From positions 30,001-62,000 of the forward strand of contig CAZXEQ010000007.1 in NCBI GenBank assembly GCA_964640155.1: 32,000 nucleotides of DNA. The letters run 5' to 3'. Under the pieces are notes generated by a model. The model was not told where the DNA came from and searched no databases. It saw nothing but the letters and a program-made list of their open reading frames with translations. Shown here piece by piece: positions 1 through 9,900 of this stretch. A program made the translations under genes and the position numbers. The stretch is from an uncultured bacterium. GTDB lineage: Bacteria; Auribacterota; JACPWU01. Position 1 is the stretch's first letter, and each line of letters begins with the position of its first letter.

Positions 1-960
1 GTCAGACGACTTTTGCAAGAATCGCGAGCAGGTTCAGGAGGACCGGGAGAAAGACGTTCGCCAACTCCAGAAGATTTAGGTTCCATGGAAAGAGAAGATT
101 TTATTTATCCGCCCGGTTTAGGTCCCGATCCAATTAGACCTAGAGAAAGTGATATGGGGTTAGGCGTACAACCGTTGAGTCCAGATGCACTGCAGCAAGC
201 AGACCGTATCCAGCCAGGCCGTCCAGAGGGTTCGGGTCTTGTAGAACCCATTCGAACAGAAAATATTCTTCAATATCAAGTGACACCTTTGGAGGGTCGT
301 GATGGCGACTTGACTCCAGGAGGAGCAGGTTTTCGGATGATTCAAGAAGATACAGGTTCTTTGGGGTCAGGATTAGGAGATTGGAATTTAGGAGGTGCTG
401 ATTTTCAAATGGGAGGACTGGAAGACTCAAGGAATTTGGGAACAAGTGTTTCTCTTTTAAATCTTTTAATTTCTGGTTTAGAGAGATCTCCATCACAACC
501 TGATTTTCAAATGAATCGTTTGATAGATGAAAGTCGAATGACGGTTCGAGAAGGCTTAAGAGGTCCAGATATCAGTGGAGTAGAAATTCCTGATCGTGGC
601 AGTATTGAATTGTCGGGAGATATTTTACACCTTATGGCGGGTGGCTTAATGGATAGCAGAGGATTGGGTGCAGATATGACTTTAGGAGTAGCAGGAGCAG
701 GGTTTGGTTTGGGTATTTTCAATTTTGAAAATGCGACACGTCAGACAGGATCTACGACAAGAACATCAACAATTAATTTTGTTTCTTTATTTCTTTTAGG
801 CCCTGAGCCTTTACGAGGTGAACGTGGAGGATGGGAGGATTTTCGTGGAGAACAAGAGCAAGAAGGTGCTGAAGGAACGCCTGAAGAAATACAAGAACAG
901 CCTGCCATATTCTCAAGTCGTACTGAAAGACAAGAAGGGAATCGACATATTGTTACTGAA
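1..960 (+). other. Acidic Gly/Pro/Glu-rich low-complexity segment of the giant ORF with degenerate short repeats. Probably disordered.
   Basis: The translation includes PPGLGPDPIRPRESDMGLG and SGLGDWNLGGADFQMGGLEDSRNLG, followed by QPDFQMNRLIDESRM, then GGLMDSRGLGADMTLGVAGAGFGLG, and finally RGEQEQEGAEGTPEEIQEQ. DFQM occurs twice and L-x-D-[SE]-SR occurs three times. There are no Lys and no Cys codons. Confidence 0.5.
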
Positions 961-3900
961 GATACAATGGTAACCCGTGATGGCCGGACCACACGTACGC
1001 ATACAGAAATTACAACAGAAACTACAACCGATGCACAAGGTCGTGAAAGAACTCAAACAACGGTTCATCAGGTAATTGAGACCGAAGATCGTAGAGTTTC
1101 AAGAACATTTGTAACCGGGCCTGATGGACGAGTGACCGTTGCCACAGAGAGTCGAAATCTTAGAACAGGTGAGGTGGAATCAAGTCCAGCCTCTCCATGG
1201 CCAGAAGGAACGACAGTGACAACAAGGCAAGGTGAAAATGGTCCTGAGGTTGTGGTTACATTCCCTGCACATCCAGTGACTTCTACCAATGATCCTCATG
1301 TCGGACAACAGCGACAACTTCAAATTATTTACAACTCAGATGGAACAAGAACTCAAGTAGAAAATTATCGTTCAGCTGATGGGCGTACGACAACAGTTAG
1401 AGAAGACTATGACATCAATGGACGCTTTCAGCGGACAACCACTTCGGAAGGGCTTCCAGATGGGACTCGAATCAATACGAATGAACGTGGTGAAGCAACG
1501 GTCACACGTCCAGGCGCTCCTGAGCCGGCCCCTGCAAATCGTCAAGGTGTTCGTTGGACAAGAGAGCGTACACAATTTGGTTATGATGAACGTGGTCGTG
1601 TGGTATGGCAGTCCCGAGAGACAAGAGATAATTTTTCTTCTACAGTAACCAAGGTTGTCAGTCGCATGGCGTATGATCAATATGGCCGAGAGCGCGACAG
1701 GCAATCCAGCACTTTTGTGAATGGATATGATATTTCAGGTCTTGACGGAGAAGAAATTCTTAATCCAGTTGCTGATCCCAATGATCCTACAGGCAGAAGA
1801 CTGATTTCATTTGAAGTGCGTATCAATGGACAAGTCCATCGTGTTCAAAATATTCAATATTGTGGTCAAGGTGGAAATCAGATGTGCGGATACACCGTTC
1901 GAGATGCACGGGGTGGTGTTGTGATACAAGTCGAGAAAGCTTATGACGGACCTAATGGGGCTCTCTCAAGTACTCGTATTTTACAAAATGGGCAGTGGAC
2001 TACAATTCGAATGAATTATGATCCTCAGACGATGCGGCTTGCAAATTATGAAGTAGAAAGAAATGGACGTACAACTCGCATGACGGCTCATTATGATTCC
2101 CAGACAGGTCGAGCCGATGGTTGGGATGTTGCAGTCAATGACCAACCTACGATGCAGATACGTACCACAGATGATGGACAAGGTAACACCGTAACCACCA
2201 TTCGCAATGCCCAAGGAAATGAAATAGCGAGAATTGCTGTTGCCCGTGATGGAAACAATGGAAGAATTCGCTCCTATACTATTACGCAAGGTGGACAGTC
2301 TACAGTTTATGAACCTCAATACGAAGGTAGTCGCGTTATAGGCGCTCGTATTAATGGTCAGAATGTTCCGTTAGCTGAAGCCAATTCCAGATTTGCTACT
2401 TTGTTAGGCGGTTTTGGTATTCCATTCCCAGGCTCTTTAGGAAGTTCTCAATTGATGGGGCCTGATACAGCTCTTCAAAATACAGGTTGGAATATTGATT
2501 TTGTGAACACAGTTGAAGATCGCTCTACTCATACAGAGCGAGACGCACAGGGCAGGGCTGTTCGTGAAGAATCTCGCTGGAGAACCAGTACTGCAGGACC
2601 CGGTGTTGAATTTAGAAGTGTTGAAGATAATATTGTTTATAACGGCCTAGGTCAAAAAGTAGCTTCGCGTTTGATCAATGATACGATCGGTTTTTCAATC
2701 CCAGGTGTGGGTGCTGGGCATTGGGAATCTATTCGAAGAGATGCTCGTGGTAATCTTCTCTCAGGACGTTTTATTTCAGATAGTGGGCAAGTTGTGGACC
2801 TTCAAGCTGATTTTAATGGCCAAGATAATCTGACAGGTTACTCGATGACCATTGCACGTCGAGATGGAACACAGGTAAGACTCAATGTAGATGTTGATAG
2901 TTTGGGTCGTCCTATTTCTATTGAAATGACTACGCGTGATCGTCAAGGAAATCAACTTATGCAAGCCTGGACGATTTCCTATGATGAGCGTACAGGTCAA
3001 TCCACCTACAATATGCTGCAAACTCGGCTCACTACGCGACAAGGTGTTTCTTTTGTAGCACGTTATGATGAAAGAACACAGGGTGTTTCGAGCATCGAAA
3101 TTGTTGGTGCAAATGGACAAAGCATGGGGACTCTGACACGCACGGGAACAAATCCTGATGGGAGTATGGAATTTGACGTAACACGTGGCGATATGCTTTT
3201 GGGAACCATGCGTGTGACAATGGATAGCAATGGAAATTTCACCAATTTACGAGTCACTCCTCTGGAAGTTTATCTGGTGGGTGAAGAGGCCCAACATGCT
3301 GCTAATTTTTCTGCTCTTACGTCCATAGGTGCCATTTTTATAGCCGTAGCCATGGGAGGTGCAAGTTCTCCAGGCCGCTTCATGAATAGTCTCATCAATT
3401 CGCGCAATGATCAAACGGCAGTGTCTCAAATGAGAGCGCTAGGACTGGGAATGCCTCAAATTCTCAATCAACATTCTCAAACACAACAGTATTTTGGTTA
3501 TGACGAATCAGGACGATTAAATTATAAACATACCATTACAACCAAGCAGGGCGTTTTGGGCACTTTTGAAAATTGGGAGCGAACCACTTATGATGGCCTT
3601 GGCCGAGTTCGTGAAACCATTCGTCGTAATCGTGTGAATGCGGTTGAGTTGGGCAATGGACAATGGCAAGAGGGTTCTATCCGTAGAGATGCTCAAGGAC
3701 GTATTATTGAAGGTATTGTTATGATGGGAGACAATCCGGTTCGCATTCATGGAATTATTTATGGACCGGATGGAGGAGTTTCAGGCTATCAAATAAGTTT
3801 TGTTTCTGAGGGCATGCAAGTTACAGTTACTATTGGAGCGAATGGTATTCCTACTTCGTATTCTTATATAACTCCAGATGGAACCGGTAGTACGCGTGGC

Positions 3901-6900
3901 ATTCGTTGGAGTGGAAGCCCTGCTTCTCCAGGCTCTCAAAATATTACAGATCCCACTCAGAGGCCAGATGGTTTGGATAATATGGCATGGGCCAGGGGGT
4001 CAAGATGGATTGATCAAAATGCACAAGATCGTCTGTTCAATCAAGTGATGGGCAGAATGGTGGGAGATTTAAATAATGCTGCTGCATTAAACAATGTTCA
4101 ATGGGTTCCAGGTACAGTGACACGTGATGCTCAAGGGCGTGTGACAGGTGGAGTTATGGTCGTGGATGGTGTTCCCATTGCGATTAATGGCATTCAGTAT
4201 GACGATAATGGGCGGGTGAGTTGGTACAGTTTGGCTTATTATTGTCCCGATATTTTAGGTGGTAATGTTCCAAATGGACTTGTGCGTGAGAGAAGAGTGG
4301 AAGTCATTGCAGAAGATGGAAGAAATAATCTTCTTGAGGATCGGCTCATGAGCGTTCGAGATTTTTCAGGGGCACCACGAATGCCTGCCCCCGAACGTGC
4401 TTACGGTGGTTATGTAGATGCGACGCGATTAGAAGATATTGCCATTCTTTGGAGAGATGGACAATGTCTCCTGCCCCAACTTAGATTTCAAAATACGGAC
4501 CGAACTGTCACTGAAACCAATCAATATGATGATCATTGGCGGGTGGTGGTTGTAAATCGACGAACCACAGAAGCGGGCAAGCCTCGCTTTGTTTCTAACA
4601 GTGTAGATTTTCAAGAATGGAATGGTCTTAATCAAGTGGTTCATCGTTATAATGTGACCAGAGAAACCGGAATGGTCAGTGGACGGGCGGGAACAGCAGA
4701 AAATTCTGCAACCGTTTTAATAAATGCGACTACCACAACAACCTCAGATTCCTATATTCAGTATGATGGTTTTGGACGTGAATGGCATACCTCTACGCAA
4801 AGTTGGAGTTCAGAGCGACCTGGGCTTACCTCGCAAAGTGAACGCTATGTTACGCGTTATGATGTTTATGGAAGTCCTGCAGAAGGTTTTGAGAGAAGTC
4901 GAACCTTTGGGACCATGAGAATTCAAGAAAGAGAAATGCAGGGAGTTCAAAGAGATGCGCAGAACCGTATTACGTCTGGCTATTTTGATGATACCCAAGG
5001 TCGCAGACACTATTTTAGAAATATTCAATACAATGAAAGAAATGAACCTATTGCCTGGGAAGAAGCAGTTGCTTATCAACAAATGATCTTTGGTCAAGAT
5101 GCGCAAGGTAATTCCACTCAGGAATATCGTTATCCAACTGCTGCTGAGGCAAGTTATACACGCCAACAATTAACTCCAGAAATGAGAAGAAATGGGACAG
5201 CTCTTGGTGTTTTTATTAACTGGAATGAAGAAAGCTCCGGCTCATTTCTAAATGTATATCGTTCTGATGGAACTTTGGCTGCAAGTTTCCGTTCATCCGT
5301 TTCCAATGATCCTCGCCGTCCAGCTGTGACAGTCACCAGTACTGATGTTATGACGTTTGATCGCTTTGGTCGTGCTTTGAGTGTGCGTAATTGGAAACAT
5401 GAAGAGGGAGGTCGAGACCCAAGACAGGGTGGAACTTACAATGGAATTACAACCAGGGATATTCAGTTAGATGAAAATGGCCAGGTATCTGGAATGACTG
5501 CCTGCAGTAGAAATGGACAATGTATACAAGTGCGGTTTTTGGATGGTCAGACTTATGTTGTTTTGCCCAGTGGGAGTACGGTTAATATAGGTTTGTTTGG
5601 AGATTTTGGCGGCGGGTTTGAACGTGGAACAGAGAATATAGTTCGCGCACTTCTGGGTGGGACTTCTCGCATAGGCGTTATGGATGATCGTTCCATGTAT
5701 GCTGCAATTCGTCAGTATTTGATGAACGATAGTGGATGGTTGCGCGGGGTAGATGGTGAAACTGTAGAAATGATGACACAACTTTTGGTGATGATACTCA
5801 GTAATATTCGAGATAACTCTCCACGTAATGCGCAAGGCAATCCTATTTTGTCAAATGATCGAGCTTTCTTTACTCGTATTTTAAATGAAGCTTTTCAGAG
5901 AATATTTGGGGCTTCTATCAGTGTGGCTTCTTTGGCTGAAATTGCAAATGCATTGGCGGGTTATGTTCAGAATCCTCAGTACGGCCTTACCGGTTACAAT
6001 GCCGGATACCAAAATATCTATGGAGGTAGATGGAGAGCAAATTATGGCATAAGATTTAGCGAATATCAGGTGGATGATCAGGGCAATCCTACTTCCATGA
6101 ATCTTTGCTCTACCCGGACAGGGCATTGTGTAAGGTTAGAAAATCAAGGAGGCTCGCTTCGTTTGGTAGGTAATAACGGGGCTATAAGCATGGAACATTT
6201 TAGAAGTATGATGCAGTTTATGTGGTTTGGAGCAGGTATAGGTTTCTTAGAAGATTTGTTAGGTCAACTTAGTGGAGGACGTAGAACAGCAGCAGATCGG
6301 GCCACTTTTGAAAGAGCTTTGGTTGTGCGCGATTTCCCAAGAGAAGCTATCAATGTTATGTTACAAGTTTTTGATACAAACCGTGCGGGCGGAGCAAATG
6401 CCATGCGAGAAGCTTTAGGTGCCTACTTTATGAGAACTCTTGGAATCAATTATGAAGATGCTGTCGGTATTTTACAAACTTTGTGCGGAGGTCTTGGCTC
6501 TACTATACCAACTCCAGAAATTCTTCGTTTGACAGACAACAGAGCTCTCCTTTTACGCGGTAATAATTATGTGAATAGCACCACTTATTCTGAGAGAACT
6601 TTTGTTCGTGATAGCTTTGGAAGAGAAATCGCGACATTTTCTCATACAGAAACTGAATATGGATTGGGTGACGAAAGGCGAGTGGTGGGTCGTGAAAGGC
6701 CTACAGATTCAGTAACCTTCCAGAACTATGGAATGGGAGGAGAGGTTACAGGCCGATTCACTTATAATCGTATTGTAAGTCCACCGGATGGCTGTCGCCG
6801 CTCAGATGGTCTTTGTGAGGGATTCGTTTATCTCTATAGCTCTCAGGCTCGTTCTGATATTCGCTACAATAGTAATTTTCAAGAAATTGGTCGTATAGAA

Positions 6901-9900
6901 CGTACAGAGCGTGAATATAATCCGACAGATACAGATCCAAATAAACGTCGTCCCGTGGTAGAGACTAGAAGCGTTTGGAATGTTCAATATAATGCTTTTG
7001 GTTGGGAAACTGAATATCAATATGTTCGTATCGTTTCGGGCATTCCTCTACAGTACAATCCACATCAAGCAGCTGCAGCAACTACTTCAGGAAGTACTTC
7101 TAGTAGCTATGATGTCGATAATCATCAATTACAATGTATTGGAACCCCTAACAGCGATGGTTCTTGTCGTACAGGTTCAGGAGTCGAACGGGGTAGGATG
7201 CGCATTGTTTATGATGCTCATGGCAATCAAATTGAACAGCAACATTTAGATCTTCAATTTGAATTTCCTCCTACATCCAGTGATACTGGCATTGTAGGTT
7301 GGGAGTCTATCCCAGGTCTTCCGGCTGTCGATGATATCTTCGGTCGATGGTTAGAAACCACAGAATTTGCAGATCGTTATGATTTTACGGATCGCGCTCA
7401 TCCTCGAGCTAAAACCACTCATGTTATTCATCAAAGATTCAATGATGTCGGCCGTATCACAGAGGAATGGACTTCTGAGTTGGGTAGAGATCCGGATCCA
7501 AGTCGAGTAGCACGCGATATTGTTTATGATGCTGCAGGCAGGCGTATCTTTTCTCGCACACAGTCCACATCGACGGCCAATGGTCAGCAAACCAGCACGA
7601 GCTCCATCACTCGATCTTTTTATGACTTTTATGGCCGTATGAGAAGATCTATTACTCAGTCAAATAGTTCTTCTCGTAGTACGGATGAAGATGTTGGATC
7701 AACAAGTCATTCAAATACCTATTCACAAACCCTTATCGATGCAAACGGGCATTCTCAGACTCGTACTGAATCTCAACAAACATCTCAGCAATATGATAAT
7801 CGGGATTTGGGCGATCATTTATTAGAAATGATTTCTGATTATCGCTTCTGGCTGAGAATTGCTTCGGCAGTTGCAGGAACAATTATTGGCTGCCCGATTT
7901 GTTTTTCACTGCTTATTGAAGCTGCGATCTTGGTAGTTGAGGGAGCTCGTGGAAATCTCAAAGGTCGTGAAGGTTGGGCTGTTTTGATGGCCTTTGCAAA
8001 TGTTGCATTATCGGCTGCGGGGAGTGCGATTGGAGGCAGTAATTTGCTTGCAGGAGGTTTTGCGTTTCAAGCCACTGCAAATGCGGGCAGAATTGCAGCT
8101 CAAACAGCCATTAGTCTTGCAACGAATACAGCTGAGCAACTCATTGGAGGTATCGTCAGAATTTACGTTGATAAATTAGTAAACAATATTATTTGCGGTA
8201 ATGAAAGCGGACAGGGTTGCGGCAAGGAAGCAGGTCGAGCTTTTCTAAGTGGTTTGATCAATGCAGTCATTATGGCTCCCGTGAGTGCTTTGGGAAGCGC
8301 GGCCAGTGGAGGTAATTTTGGAAATGCTCTTTTAAGATCAGGTGTTTCAAAAGCAATTGGTGTGTTCACAAAAACTATGTCGGTGATAACAAAGCCCTAT
8401 GAAGATAAAGATTTTGAAGGAATGTTAGAAGACAGTGGTTCTAATAAGGGTGAATGCAAACAGGGCGCTACCTTTGATCAATGCCGTTCGATGAAGGAAG
8501 GTAATGATGCGCATGACTTAATGTGGAATGCGATTGGAACAGTTGCTAATTCTCTGCTGGATCGCTTTGTGTTCAACCCCATGCAACAGGCTCAAGCAAG
8601 GCAAGATTATGCAGATCGATACATTCGTCAAAGGATGGATTTGGCGATGGAAATGAAAATGAGAGATTTTGATACATGGAAACAGCTCAATAGCATTCAA
8701 AGAGAGCCTGATCAGGACCGTCGTATCAATCAATTGCAGGCTTTCTTAAGAGACGAAGCAGTTGGACGCTTTGATCTTTCTAGAAATCAGGCACGGGATC
8801 TTCCTTCTTTAACAAGATTTCGTGCACAGTTAAGAGATTTAGCCACTGCATTCAATAATTTATTAAATCAATTTAATAATACAGATAGCGTTGTTGAACG
8901 TAATCGTATTTTAGGCAATATGGGTGTTATCTCTGGCGTAATGGAAGCGTTTGTTCATATGGGGCAAAATTATTTAGATTCAGATGGAAATATTGCTGCT
9001 GAATATGCACGTGATCCTGCCTTTAGAAATGCTATTTCCGCAGTTCAAGTGGCTTTAGATAGAGTGGTGGATGCGATTCGTAGAGGTGATTGGGGTGAAG
9101 CGTCTTTCAGATTGACGTATGAAGTAAGGGGACTTATCAATACGGTTGAATCCTTGCGTGTTTTAAGACGAGAAACAAATGAAGGCTTAAGGACGTTGAC
9201 CCAACAATATCAAACAATGTTACAAAATCATCCTGAAATGAGAGCTCAAATGGCAGAGTTTGGTCAACTTCTCGACGCCATCAATGATTGCATGAGTAAA
9301 GAAGGAAATATGGACATTGATCGTGCGGTCGCCTTAATGGGAGTGGCTCGTCAGGCATTTGGTGGTTTTTCAGATTTGGCTGACGCAGGGCGTCTGTTAA
9401 GAGGTTTAGAATCAGCTTCACCTGAAGGTCAGACGGCTGCCAGCAGCCGACGAGCAGATTTAAATGCAGCGGTGAGCTTGCTTCAAGGAAGACTGGATGC
9501 CATCATGGATTTGGTTCCTGAAATTCGTGAGGGACGAGTGGATCAGTCAAGATTTGCGGCTCTTTCAAGAGAAATTCTTCAAGCTAGAGCGGTTATTACT
9601 GCAGTTCAGGGATTATCTCAAATTACTGAAGCCAGACGTACCTTGGATGCAACTGCTTCTGCGATTGGAAGTCCTACTACTGCCAATGCCGATGCAACTC
9701 GTCGTTTGGAATTGGCCCGTCAGGCTTTGGATCAAGCCGAAAATCGATATGAAGCTGTATTAAGAGAAATAAGAATAAACCGAGAAGGTCAGCGTGATCT
9801 AACACATATTGATTTGGCTAGAGCTGAAAATAACATCACAGACGCCAGAACATTTACAGGCATTGGAGAAGCTTTAGGAGCTTATGCAGACTTTAGTCGC

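Larger units (their letters stand above)
961..7790 (+). repeat. YD/Rhs-type repeat block I, about 2,270 codons and mostly beta-hairpin repeats.
   Basis: There are many Y/F-D-x-x-G-R/N motifs:
- YDERGR 1582-1599
- YDQYGR 1672-1689
- YDGLGR 3589-3606
- YDGFGR 4762-4779
- FDRFGR 5356-5373
- YDAHGN 7210-7227
- YDAAGR 7525-7542
- YDFYGR 7621-7638
RDAQGR/RDARGN motifs occur at 2539-2556, 2737-2754, 3685-3702, 4123-4140 and 4951-4968. YD-x-x-TG-type motifs include NYDPQTMRL, HYDSQTGRADG and SYDERTGQ. The composition is Thr/Arg/Gly/Asp/Gln-rich, as is typical of Rhs shells. Confidence 0.8.

Noticed and set aside
5995-6006. YNAG motif in the non-YD insert, reminiscent of the AYNAG motif of lytic transglycosylase (SLT) domains.
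   Set aside because: I found no upstream catalytic E-S motif or GLMQ-like motif at the expected spacing. A four-residue match alone is not evidence.
961-7790. Classical Rhs polymorphic-toxin cassette (shell plus C-terminal toxin plus downstream immunity gene).
   Set aside because: I saw no PxxxxDPxGL-type cleavage motif. The block is internal rather than C-terminal, and there is no downstream small ORF in a free intergenic space because the reading frame simply continues.
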